Positions 51,692 to 64,000 of a stretch of DNA of 64,000 nucleotides are shown here, piece by piece (within the stretch, counting starts at the first letter, position 1; the number at the start of each line of letters is the position of its first letter). The notes beneath the pieces were generated by a model. That model made no database searches. It was not told where the DNA came from and saw only the letters and a list, made by a program, of their open reading frames with translations. Source of the DNA: Cystobasidiomycetes sp. EMM_F5 (taxonomy: Eukaryota); the NCBI GenBank assembly GCA_051047955.1, contig JBPGPT010000017.1:1-64000 (forward strand), written 5' to 3'. The translations under genes were made by a program, and so were the position numbers.

Positions 51692-54600
51692 CTACGCCAA
51701 AAAGCCATCGTCAAAGGGTATGGCATGTTGCAATCGAATGGTCAGTGACCGCAGAGCGACAGTGTCATTCAGCGAATGGTATGTGACAGTATCGTAGTGT
51801 GTCTACAGGAAGCCGTCAGTATCGCAGTTGCTACATCACAAGTCAGTAAGCTTACTTTCTGATGGCGATAACTGAGAAAGCAGGAACCGGCTTAGTGGTA
51901 GCTACAGATCACGATATTATCGTACTCACAAGTTGAGCTCAAATTTTTGCAGAAAGTTATCCGATTCCTTGAGAGTGTCGCCGACACGGTCGTCAATGCC
52001 GCTTGCCGCTTGTTGTACAGCCGAGTTCAGCTTCCCAGCCGCGAGAGCCAATTTCGGAGCGTGGGAGGCGAACAGCATACAGGTTGTCGCTAATTTGGAA
52101 TGAAGCTGCTCCGAATCAACAATACACGTCAGGTGTGATTTTTGGTTTTGCATCAGTTTAAATCAACACACCCTCAAGAGCTTGGAATTGGTAAGCATAC
52201 ACTCTTTGAGCGATGTGTCGAGGAAGTCCATATGATGTCGCAACAACTGATCGACCGTGGCTATGTTGTCCAACCTTGTCATTAACAGTCGCCATTTGAC
52301 TTCCAGGACTTCAGACACGCAAAATGCAAACATCTGCTGGACCCATCCCAGCATGCGGGCCCGCAAGGTGATGACCCTGTTCTTCCATCTCTCCACAGCA
52401 GTATGCCGTGAGTTGATCCTCCACACTGGTGTTTTCGAGTGTTCCAACCAGGATCCAGTGAGAAGTTGCTCCAGATGCTTCAAACCTAAAAGATGTCGAA
52501 ACAGCAACTGATATCGAAGTATAGCTTTTCGAGAGATCACAAGCGACAGAGGGAACTTGACGTTGTAGTCGAGAGACAACGCCTCGATGCCTCTAATAGA
52601 CGGTTTGTCTTCTGTTTTGCCTGGTTTCTTGCCTTCGTCCACCACACCACCTTCAGCCAAGCTATGCTGTTCGGCGTTCCCCGCGTCGCCGCTGACACCG
52701 GTACCGTCATTAACGTTGATGATCTTGGTCAGCCAGTCTATCAGAGCCGAAGTTGCCATCACAACCTTCACATCTTCGTTGAAAGGGTCGGCTCCGCTAG
52801 CCGAGGATGGGTTGCGAATTGCAAGATCAAGTAGACTTTGCAGCTTGGACAAGGAAACATGCTTGACCTTCTTATTGAGCTCGTGCGAGGCGAGGTCTAG
52901 AAAATGGGTGAAGGAGTCACCTTGATCGAAGAAAAAGTGGTGTTTGAGTGATCTCAAACGCTGATACAGCTCCTGTTCAGTAATGAGCATATTGAGAAGC
53001 GCTCTGTTGGCAGAGTCATATGCGATATCGACGCGCTCGTGAAAATCGCTGGACTGCATGTCGATGTCTTGCTGAGATACAGAGATAGCTGATGGCACTA
53101 TTGACCCATCGCTACTGCTTGGCGATTGCGTACCGTCTGAAGTGCACTCACGAATAACGTTGAGATATTTTCCTGCCATGAATATTTTTGTCTTCCAGGG
53201 TTGTAAATAGGATGGAACTATAGCTCCTCCGCCTAAGCCCCGTATCCGCTTATCTGATCTCTTTTCGGCATTTTGCAGATCGTCGCGATAATTCACCTTC
53301 TCAGGAACACCAATGCTGTCTATGTCCGCTGGGTTTCCGCCGGCCACGCCAGGGGCAGTAGTACCGCCTGGAGCTGTGTTTGTGGTGTCTCTCAAGGCAT
53401 ACTTGGTCTCCCAGTATTCATCAACGTAGTCTTGATCTAGGACTGCAGAATTAAGCTGCTTGGCCTCGCGAATCACAACTTCTCCATGAGGATCGACAAG
53501 ATGGCCTGTCTCCATCCAACGCTGCATGATTCGCGCATAAGGTTGTGACGCTTTCAGCAAGAGATGCGAGTATATGGCTTGCGCTTGAGGATCCCTGTGT
53601 CCAATTTAAAAGTAAAATACCGCTGCTGATCGATGGCATACAGTATGCACATACCCTTCGGTGCGTTCTAAGCGCTCCGTAATTAAGGCTAGTATCTCCC
53701 CACCTTTGACGAGTCCACCAGCAGCCCACCCGCTACGTTTCTTAGTCTTGTCCATCGTCCCGATGACCGCCTTGAGGGCAGCTCCGCCACCAAATTCTTC
53801 GTCTTCATCGTGATTATCCTCGTCCTCATCAGAATCGGAAGACTCGGCCATATTATCTTGTTCGACAGGCGTGTAGGTCAGATCGCGTATAAGTCGACAT
53901 AGAACGTCAAATTTATGCATCATTGGCTGAGATAGATAATAGAATCGCTGCAAAGAGAATGTGGAGGACGACTCAAAATGGTCTTCAAGTTGTGCGACTA
54001 GTGTCAGATAGTCCTGTCGCCACCGAGTGTCAGCACAAACGGACGCCTCAACAACTAATACTTACCTTCTTATATTCTCGCATGGCACTACATAGAGCGT
54101 GGCTTGTGAGTCCGTACTCGTGGCGCCCATGAAGCCCCACAAACGCTTCTGTGGCAGCAAAGGACGTCGCAAGCGGTAGCATCTTCTCGACTACCTCTGC
54201 CAGTGCATCGTCTGCACAATCAATGTAAAGTCGGCACGGGCAGTAAACATGAAGTCGAAGCTTTACGTACCGACTTCACCAACGAGTACATATGTCACAC
54301 CTTTCAATCTGTCCAGGGCGTCATCAGGAGAATAATCTTGGGCGTATCGTATTAGCTGTCCCTCGTAGCCCTGTTGTGCAAACGCTTCAGTTTAACATGG
54401 AAGCAGTGACAGCCGCATGGATGTACCATGAGAGCACATAGCAGCTCCTCTATTAGCAGTGCCTCTAGTACTGCCGGATCCCCGCAAGCTGCCTTCGCAT
54501 CCGATTCGCCGAGTTGCTGGTGCGGAGAATCCGCTCTGTACTCTGTATACCGGTTCAAATCATTCTCGTTATCGTATTCAGCGTCACTGCCGGTGATTAT

Positions 54601-55097
54601 CTGACGATATCGCATAGCTGATATGCGTTCATTCTGGGTCGCGCCATGCCTATTACGCTGGTTGTCTGGCTTGGCTTGACCATTAAGATCTTGCGTTACA
54701 CTCCGGCGAGAGAATAGACCGTCAGACGAGGTGGCTGGCGATGCTAGAGAACATAAATTGTAATTTCGCGTCAGACACAAATGCGCAAGGAGCAGCTATC
54801 AGAAACCACATTTGCACCTTCAATTTCAGTCACAGCCTCCACAGCCTTGCGCCGGACGTTGGCAATTGTCTCGCTTAGCTTGTCGACCTGTTTGGCTGAC
54901 AAGCCTAGGTTCTCTCTACCCTGTCTGCTCGTCCTGCCGGCTGGAACACCCGGGGTGAACGGCGCTGGTCTGGCTCGCGCGGTCGATGCCTGCGACTGTA
55001 CGCTTGCTGGGCGGGCTACAGCTCCGTTATGCGTAGCATGTGATGGATACCCTGTGGCCTGCTGGCTCTGCGTTGAGTGCCGAGAGGACGGGGCCAT
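51692..55097 (-). CDS. Gamma-tubulin complex component GCP2 (Spc97/Alp4)
   Basis: EALLIEELLCALM, GGEILALI, ASQPYARIMQRW, AGKYLNVIREC, LDYNVKFPLSLVISRKAILRYQLLFRHLL, FLDTSLKECMLTN. Confidence 0.93.
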
Positions 55098-55395
55098 GCT
55101 TGTTGGGCGCGTCTACCTGTTTACAGGCGCGAATTTACAAACAGAAGCGCGTAGATGTAGAAGAGGTCGCAATGCAGCAGTGCAGGCATGGCATATATGT
55201 GGCAGTGTCTCGAAAGCAGAGTCGTAACCGGTAGAGCTCGTGTCGGTCGTGCAGTGAGCGGTCTAGTAGTCAGGCATCAGGCATACAACTGGCGTCAGAC
55301 GCAGAAAAGCCTGTGTGTTCCCTCATCGAAATTTGCCAGACACTGCGACTGCTACTGCTAATGTATGCAAAGGATACTAACGTCGCTCGTCTTTC

Positions 55396-56127
55396 TCAAT
55401 TACCCTTGCTCTGCGGAGCTGTGCGCTGCTTTTCCCGCGCAGATAGCTGCATTTGCAAATACTCCACTACGGTCTGCCTGTTCTCGTTCTTGAGCTCTAT
55501 GGTCGGTTGCAGCTTGTCTAGACTTTTCCGCAGATCTAGTATTTTCGTATTGTAGAAAGTTTTCGCATCCTTGACAGACTGCAAAAGCAACGAAACAAAA
55601 GTCAGGGCGGCTGCAGGCTGCCTGCAGAGGAGTATCACGAACCTTTTCGACATAGTATCGCGCACCAACATCCACCAGGACATTCTCAGCATCAGCTAGC
55701 TTGCCAGGGACATAAAGAGAGCTTGTAAGCGGGATCAAGAGAGGTTTGGCTGTTTGCATTGGAAGTAGTGGTATACCAGTAGAGCGAGATGAGGAACCGT
55801 TAGTAATGATCCACGCAGATGATTGTATGCGCGCCTTACGAGCTTTAGCCGGCGTTATTTCGTCCAAGCTGGATTTCGCTTCTTGGAACCTCGCTTGTGC
55901 TTGCTTTAACGCCGCGAATGATTGCGTCAGATGCTGAATCTCCTGCAATGCCATAACATGACGGTCAAGGCCGCACGGCAGTCAATGAACGTTAGATCCG
56001 GGTGTTCTGAGCTGAATACTAACGGATTTCAGAAGTAGCACACCTCATCCAGTTGCTGTTTGATCTGGCTCAGCTGTTCCACATTCAGGTCTTCCAAAGC
56101 CACCTGCTGACCAGGGCCGGATTGCAT
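55396..56127 (-). CDS. GIM5: Prefoldin subunit 5 (alpha type)
   Basis: [56 protein letters not shown]. Confidence 0.92.
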
Positions 56128-56648
56128 TGCATGCGGCTGGTGCTAATACAGGACTGATTGATCGGCTGGACGCCGTCTGGATCAAAGAGACGTACAAATG
56201 CAGCAGCTTGAAATTCCACGAGCACTGCTAACATTAATGATGCGTCGCCGCCTGAACGTCTATAGCCTATCGGTATCGCGGCTACTGAGTCGTGCGTTTT
56301 ATTCCACGACCGAGCCCTATCACACATCGGATAGAGTCCGCAAGCCGTTTGCAGCAAGGTGTGCCCTTTGTGTCGTTACTCCTCATGCTCTCATTGCGTG
56401 TCATCGTCTCGAGATAGTACACACTGATACAAGCGTCAAATCGACGATACAATTCGCACGGCCTGGTCATTTAAGCTATGGCTGACGGTAAGCCGAACGA
56501 CTCCCACCCGTTACTGGTCGAGCTCGGTTGACGTGTACATCTGCTACGCACGCGTTCACAAGACGGCGAACGTGGTCGTCGCAGAAGCCGGAGTCGCGAT
56601 AGATCAGATGACAGCACTAGCTATCTTTCCGGATCCGAAACCTCCTAT

Positions 56649-57632
56649 ATGTCAGGTATGACGTTGCCTCTTGCAATAGCACGGCCCGGTTTTGATCCCT
56701 CTCTGTACGACTTCGCCATATCAAGATGGGAGAAGCCGCAGTCGCAGCAGAGGCGGTGGCGGCAGCAGTGACGGCGGAGGTGGTCGCGGTCGCAATGGAC
56801 GGCCCCGCACGGACGGGGTGGATTTCCGACACGAAGTCGATGGCAAGGGAAATTACTATATCCAGTGGCTTGGTAGACCGCCAGCCGACTCACAACTCCC
56901 TGCCGTATCTCTGGGAGCATACTGGAGTGACCATACTGGTTCCAAACCGGGCAGAAAATTACGGGGTGACCAATGGATGTTTGCATTTACGCCGTCTTTT
57001 CGCAGTGTCAGAGGTAGTCGCTGCTCCCATTGACCAGCTATCCGTTGTCGCTGAATCCCTTGACGTGACAGCCGAAAAGTTCATGTGGTACACCATACTC
57101 TTTGGCATACTGCTTGGTTTGTGTCTCAGGTGAGTGGACCCGGAGATCGTCGGTCACCCGTTAACGACCGCATGCTTTACGCGCGCAGTGCAGCAGGCTT
57201 TCAACTTGGTAAGTGAATATCTTTCGTGTCGTCTTTGCAAATCTGAAAAAGATCTGGAGTATTTAGCCAACGCCTATCTCGACAAATATGCATCAGCAGA
57301 TCCCGTAAATAAGCCTCAAGCTAATGTGTTTGCAGCCATCCGATACTTTCGTTACAGCCTGATAACTGTTGGAGTTATGGTGACTGTGGTGAGATCAGTC
57401 CCTCCCTGTCTTGCCGTTGCGTTCATAACCTCGATTATAGGTGATTTGGGCCGTAGAGCTCTACTTGCTCAACAAAAGACTTGGAATATGGTCTAAACTC
57501 GAGAATGGAGGGTCAGATCTTCAGCGCAAGAATTTCTTTGCCGTTCTTTTCTACGAAGTGCTGATAATCTATCAATTTGGAGCTGTTATCGTAAAAAATT
57601 ACTATCACAACGCCTTACTTTCGAATAACTGA
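56649..57632 (+). CDS. Hypothetical membrane protein with Arg/Gly-rich N-terminus, exon structure uncertain
   Basis: Several short ORFs separated by GT-AG introns; hydrophobic segments FMWYTILFGILLGLCL, LITVGVMVTV, FFAVLFYEVLIIYQFGAVIV. Confidence 0.5.
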
Positions 57633-58520
57633 GACAGCTTTACAGGCCTGGTTGTGCTGGATGTACAATAATGCGATAGACTCGCCATTTGTCAATGTGA
57701 GCGCGATTGGCGGAATCCAATACGACCAACACTAACCTATCAACCACACTCAATAGCCTAACAGGAACGAAAAGTTGCGCCAGAAATGCAATATTGGAAC
57801 AGAGTTAGTCTTATGTGTTGCTCTGTCTCTGCAACAACGCTAAAGTGCACCGCAGTTCAATGTGTTCACAACTTCAAGCATTGGCAAAATTGTTAATAGG
57901 TACCCCAAGATTGCCAATGGTCTCATATAGAAACATTGACCGTATATCGCAGTGCTTGGCTTCGTTCTACTTATACCGTTAGGTGTACGTTGAAACCCAA
58001 ATAATGAGATTGCTGCACGGAAGATACTGACGCTGTGTGATCATAGGGATTAGGCGCCGCTCTAACTCTACATCCCCGCACTGTTCGACAGCGCCTCAAG
58101 AACAAAATGGAGAAACGATCAGAAGGCTTGCGCAGTATCGCCGACTGCCGTGAGGGTGATCCTTGCGATGGTGCACGCGGCATGTCGGCCAGTTCGGGAA
58201 GTCAAATGTGTCCCAGGCAGGCGAGGCATGTACTGGAAGTACCCTTCTCCGACATGGATGGCGAGCCGAAGGGTGTAGCTGTCTGCGATGAGCACTATAG
58301 ACGGTGGAAAGCGTTTTTGCGTGTCAAAGAAAACTATCAGTAATAGTTGTAGTAGTACAGCTGCAGACGCTGGTTTCATTGACTTGCAGCTTAGAATATC
58401 ATTGCGATGCGCAGAGGAAACAAGCGGGGCCTGAGCATAATACGAATGCAGACGCAGATCGCAATGCATCCGGTGCGTCTCTATCTTACAACGCTCTGGT
58501 AAAGAGTGCTTAGGAGGTTA

Positions 58521-60783
58521 TCATCTCCGCCTGCCGGGCCGTTCGCGCTGTTGCACGTTCCAGCGCGTATCATTTCGCTTGAGCCGGCGCGGGTTCCGCT
58601 CCTTCTCACTCTCTAGAACGTCTATAGCCTCCGCGGTCAAGATTTCAACGTGCGGTCCATATAACTTCGCTTCGTTATAATCCCGCCAAACGCCGTCCAG
58701 ACGTTTCGGCCCTTTATCTCGTCCTCCGTCTGACGGTAGCCTGCTAGCCAAGCCCATGTCCAAACATTCTCGCTTTAGTCGAATGATTTCTTCATGTACT
58801 GCATGAGATATTATCATGATGGCCTCTCCTCCGAGGCCGAGATCGTTGCACAATTGTCCTGCAAAGTCTTCCGGGGTCAATGAGGATGTGAGATCCCATT
58901 CGATGCGGTCGACGAGATGAAGAGTCCCTATCTGTACATCAAGCTAAGAGACGAGGGAAATGTCAGTAAAGTGGGTGATGTCGTTACTCATCACAGCTGC
59001 TCTGCATACATTGATGATGGTACGCAGGTCAGCTTCCTGCTCGCCCGCCTCCTGCTCCGGCGTCAGGAGTGACAATTCCGCTATTGCTGCATATTCGTCT
59101 AGCTGCGATCGTATCGAAGCTGATATTTGCGCGCCCCACGGGTCATACGGAATATCGGCATCGAGGCAAAACACCTTGGCAAAAACTTCCGGCGTGACGA
59201 CGCGTTCTGAACGAGTCGGGTACTATTTAGCGCACAGTGGAGTTATGTAAACGTATCAAGCTCACCCATCATGTTCCACATGAAGACATCGCGTATCCGA
59301 AAAGTATCTGCATCCAGATCTATGCGGACTGGCACAAGCACAGTTCGGTTCTGAGCTACCTTTGCGAGATCATGTTCAGGCCTGCGCAGTGCTGCAGTCA
59401 GCGACGAGAAACACGGTTCGCGAGAGTCAATCGACTCACAGCCATGGCAGTACATGTCGACGAGCTGCTTGCACCATGATCAATTCACCTGGCGGATCAT
59501 GACCGAGCCAGCTTCGGCCGCCTCCGCCAACGTCTGCGGTCTTTGTGTGTCGTTTTCTTCCGGTCGCTGCCGTCTGCTCAGGCGCTGGACTGCCTTTATT
59601 TGCTGCCCTCGCTTTACGTCCAACGCGCCCGGCACGCCCGGGTTTGGGATCATCGTCGTCCTCATCGTCATCGTCCGACGAACTCTCGACCTCTGGAATA
59701 TCTACCTTTTCCGTATAGTCTACACGAGCTCTTTGTCTCTTGCCCAACGTGGATCCCGGAGGCTCTGGCAGGCTCGGACGACTTGCATGTGTATTGTTGT
59801 TGGGTGCATAATTTGCGTTTGCATTGCTCGAGATTGGTGCCGTTGTGGATGATATTGGCGCAGTGGCTGTATTGGCCGAGATGACCTGACCTGACGCTGC
59901 TATCGGCTGCATAAGAAGGGTGGTGCCTAACCGTAGGCGAGACGGATACGTAGTCATGAAAGCTTGAGCCGTACCGATCGGAAAGAAAGGAGGGACGGGA
60001 TCCGTTGACGAAGTAAGCGGCGTCGGTGCTGGCGGTTTTGGGCCCCGTATCGCGGCAGGATTAAGTGATGAACTCGTTCTTGGCGCATTGTTGGAAGCAT
60101 TCGCTGCCGCAATGGCAGCAGCTGTCGACGACGAGCGACCAAGAGATGGCGGAGCGACAGGAGAGGCGTGCGAGGAAGTAGGCGTGCCGTTACCAATGTT
60201 CAGTGGGGCAACGCCGGTGCGACGTTGTTGGGGAATGAGCGGTCTGCTATCGCGTGCATACGGTATATATCCAACAGAACCGGGCGTCAACGCCGACTGA
60301 TCCGACTGAGAAGGCTTTGATTTATGAGGAGACGCGACAGGCGTGGAAGCTGCACTGTAGGCTTGTTGTTGTCCGGGATAGCTCCTCCCGCCGGGATATG
60401 CCTGCTGACGCTGAGCATCTTGCTGCTGCTGCTGCTGCTGGGGCTGTTGCTGCCTCTGCTGCTGCTGTTGGTTTGCGCTGTGCGCTGCGTACACTTGCTT
60501 CTCGAGTGCCGCTTTGAAGGCGTTCTCGTTGCCTGGGAAGGTCTGCCGCAAGTTTTCTACGCTGTGCACGGTCAGGTGGCCGTTGTCAGCTCATCCGACA
60601 TGTTTAAACAGCCATCGAAGCAGTGTCGAGCCTACCGCTGCGCCCAGTCTCGTCCCGTAGCCGACACGCTGCAAAATAAATTGCCATCCAAAGATCAGAT
60701 TTCGAAATGAGCTGGGAACAGCACCTTGCAGCTTTGCGCTGCACCCACCTGGCAGCGTAAGCTTCAGTCTCTGCAGAGTACAT
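58521..60783 (-). CDS. SFH1: SNF5-family chromatin remodelling subunit (RSC Sfh1-like)
   Basis: LVPVRIDLDADTFRIRDVFMWN and LDVQIGTLHLVDRIEWDL...TPEDFAGQLCNDLGL SNF5 repeats; AFMTTYPSRLRLG motif; poly-Q N-terminal region; 5' exons inferred. Confidence 0.85.
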
Positions 60784-61617
60784 GGCGATGCCTGCTGCTG
60801 CGACGTGACCAGCTGCCTCTAATACTTCTGGCAGTCTCGAGGGCCGTCCTGCACCTCTCCAAGAATTGCTGTCCTGCTAGTCCTCGCTTTCCAGCCTCAC
60901 TGCATTCGCGCGAGCATACGTCCTGCCATCAACAGGAGCAGTGCAGAATGGAGCGATGCGCGTGCTGAACAATTATGAATGAACAGATGAAGCCATGCAC
61001 CGCGCGCGCCAAAATAGCAATACTTGACCCGATGTAAAATGCAAAGCTGACCTTGACCATTGCGGTCTTAGCTTATCATTATTCTCTCTATACTCTATGC
61101 CGAAAAGCTTAACGCTGCGCCATGTTGGGGCCGTGTGGCACTTCCACCTGTGTTTCGTTCTTCGGACTGGCCAAACCGAGCTCAAGTCTCGCGATTTGCA
61201 CCCGCTGGCTAGCAGTGGAGCTTCAGTAGAGGTCACGACCACTCTCAGAATCAAAATATGTTCCCAAGATCAGAGTGCCTCATTGAGACGTGGATTCTAT
61301 GGCACCGCCGAGACAATGTTACGGTCTGACATGGTCGAGGAGACGGCATCGCTATGAAAACATGTCTCGAACACATTTACTGTCCACATGTCTCCGACGC
61401 TGAAGTGTCAGGCTAGACTGACCGACTCACTCCGGCCTCTTCCCGCTACACCCCGAATAGTCGAAAGCGAAATGTGACGGCGCCTCATTCTGTCCTTAGC
61501 TCTACTCCTTACTTGCTCGGCTCCCGGACTGTCATCTCCCGTCTCAGTGTTCATAAATCCCTCTTCCGCATTGCACATCCGCACGCGCCTCCTCCGACAG
61601 GTTTGCCGCACACTACA

Positions 61618-62689
61618 ATGGCTACAGCTGCAAGGCGTGCCCTCGCTGTAGCAGCTGTCGTGTCGTCTATCGCACATATCTGCAGCGGTCTTGAGGTGGT
61701 CGACGAGGCAGCTGCAGTGAACCACATCACCTTTGACGATGGCATGTACAAGTGGCCTTCTTCCGAGCCATGCACTACTCCATCTTCAACCACCTCCGAA
61801 CCCTGCACTACCGCCACCACGACCACTTCCGAAGCGTGCAGTACATCGATCACCGTAGAGATGGCGCATCATCCGTCATCCGTTGATTGGGACGGAGATG
61901 GCGGAGATGACGAGATGCCTTGTATCACCGGTGCTGCTGTTGCTCGCAAGACAGTACGTGAAGTTCTTTTGAGACATATCTAAATATTCCAAAAGGGCTG
62001 ATACACTCGATTCTCCACAGGCCTTCGCACTAGCTACTGAAACCCTGACGTCGGTCGTGACGGAAATGACCAGTACGACAGTCACATACACGACTACTAC
62101 GGCAGTAAGTCTAGGCCAGATACAAGCATCTGAGGTCCAACTCGGAGCACGCTCTGCCGAGCATTATCTTGCTGCACGCAAAGCCAAGCCGACTTCAACT
62201 ACCGCAACGGACGAAGAAGGCGACGCAGGGGAAAGTACAAGTGGGAGCGCGAGTACTACATCGAGCAAAAAGGGTACTGCTACAGCTGTAAAGAAGGGCA
62301 AGAATGTTGCAGTTGAAGATGCAGAACCCGCTACCACGACGGCCGTCCCCAAGAATATCAAGAACAAGGTGCACAAGCCAAAAGTGAAGGTACAAGCCAC
62401 AGGAACTGAAACAGCAACGGGCGGAGCTGCTTCCTCGGTGTCATCCGCGTCGACTACTGCTTGGTGGACACCGGCTTCAGGCGAAAACAACGGTCAATGG
62501 ACCGGCTCATCTGCCGCGACCACTACTTGGAAACGATCTTTTATCGCCGAGAGCGCAACACTAGAAGCACGGAAGTACAAGCGTAAGCAAAAGAAGAATG
62601 CAGCTGCCGCGTCTTTCAAAGTCTCAAGCGCCCTGACCGGAATGGCTGCTCTGATTTTCGGATTCCGAGTTGCCTTTCAGTGCGTGTAG
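61618..62689 (+). CDS. Secreted Ser/Thr-rich, probably GPI-anchored cell-surface protein, 2 exons
   Basis: Signal peptide MATAARRALAVAAVVSSIAHICSG, SEPCTT repeats, Thr-rich body, hydrophobic C-terminus after NAAAAS. Confidence 0.7.
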
Positions 62690-63365
62690 ACGCTGCGTAA
62701 CAGTAGAATAGAAAATTCGTCTCGAGTCCATCATATGTTGTATATATTGCAGGAAAAGCCTGAGATAGTAAATCGCATATACCGACACATCTCAACTGAC
62801 GTTGCGAAATCCCCGCTTTTCGCCTTAGACGGAGTATCAGGAGACCAGGTTCACAATGCTACTGGAAGTGACAATTGTCCCGTGCGATACAGCTGCAGCA
62901 CCGAGCCGTGCCTCTGCCTTGCATCGCGCCCGGGCCTCTGGGACATTAATGCCATTCCAAAGGCTGCGAGTCGATCCAGACGAGATCTTGGCCTTCAAAC
63001 CTTCAAACAACTTCAACGCCCAAAGATCTGATGTGAACTGATGGTTGCTCTCGGTCAGCACCCATTGAACATCGCGCTGTCCAACCTGGCGACTTTGGGA
63101 AAACGAGCTCTGACGTCGAACCGCTGACCGGTTTGCAGGCCCCGCGTACGCAATGAGAGCACGACAGACGCGACCACGTCACACAGAGTTTGCGAGGGTC
63201 TGTGAATCGACGCCAGGAATTTTCGCGGTCTGCGGACGAGACGGCTTTGCCCTTTTTGTTTCCCTTCGTCTGCAATCCGCCCTCCCCTGCGCGACACCTA
63301 ATTCTGTGCATCCCCATAGCTACACACACTCACACACCTAATACATCACTTATACACCTGACATT

Positions 63366-64000
63366 ATGATCTCTACACGATTCTCACTCGCCTTGGCCTT
63401 TGTCGCCTCTGCTTCGGCAGCCATCGTACCTCGTCAACTCGAGGCCGTACCAGACTGCGGCATCCGATGCTTTAATAGAAAGCTTGTCGAGCGCCCATGT
63501 GAGTGCTCCTTTTGAAGCTCGTGCTTTGCAACAATCGCTCTCGATAGATAATTGACCGCTCGTACCGTTCAACGGTTTAGGGGGGCCGTGCATCATCGAC
63601 TTCAGAGAGTAGCACATGCTGATCTCATGTTTGCGTCTTTCTCAGCGCTGGCTCCTAGCTGCCAGGCTGGTGACTGGAGCGTACGTTCTCCTGTTACTCT
63701 TACAATTGAACGCCATATACTAATGTTGCATGACTCTGCAGTGCCTCTGCGGTACCCAGAGCTTCCTCCAAGCGTACACCAACTGCTGCAACGATCATTG
63801 CGTGAGTTATCCTGATATGTGGAGCACGCAATGTCTAATCGCTGATTATGCTCTGTTCTACAAGTCCCAAAACGATCTCCCCGCAGCCACTTCCGCAGCG
63901 TCCTCATTCTGCGCCGCTCTTGGTGCCGGTCTGACCATCACGCTCCCTTCGACCACAATCACCGGTACAGGTTCTGCTTCTGCTGCACTCTCATCGGCAC
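63366..64000 (+). CDS. CFEM-domain secreted protein, 3' end outside window
   Basis: Signal peptide MISTRFSLALAFVASASA; spliced PDCGIRCF...SCQAGDWSCLC...YTNCCNDHC...SFC matches the CFEM cysteine spacing; Ser/Thr-rich tail follows. Confidence 0.85.

Noticed and set aside
60419..60470. CAG/CTG repeat tract
   Set aside because: Encodes the ordinary poly-Gln segment of Sfh1
1..64000. tRNA, rRNA, transposons, CRISPR arrays, secondary-metabolite backbone genes
   Set aside because: None recognised by inspection; small ncRNAs cannot be excluded without tRNAscan-SE or Infernal

Overview
Gene-dense, intron-rich fungal genomic DNA. Introns are short (mostly ~55-75 nt, GT-AG, with CTRAC-type branch sites). 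It is most consistent with a basidiomycete, possibly a Pucciniomycotina yeast (taxonomy inferred, not proven). About 28 protein-coding genes are supported: Hook, two tandem MFS transporters, a short Sti1, chitin synthase, Tfb3/MAT1, a GT32, an LYR-motif protein, an FG-nucleoporin, two OPT oligopeptide transporters, an alpha/beta hydrolase, thiolase, proteasome alpha3, PDH E1-alpha, a bZIP factor, a thiol/halide methyltransferase, GCP2, prefoldin 5, Sfh1, and cell-surface/CFEM proteins. No rRNA, tRNA, transposon or CRISPR was recognised. The main discovery is a 4-exon, 62-aa secreted prepropeptide gene (27539-27931, minus strand) that the ORF track misses. It carries Kex2-type KR sites and two related W-I peptide cores, and sits between the two OPT transporter genes. 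This resembles the Cryptococcus QSP1-OPT1 peptide signalling module but with different, neuropeptide-like peptides. Exon boundaries were read manually and need RNA-seq confirmation.
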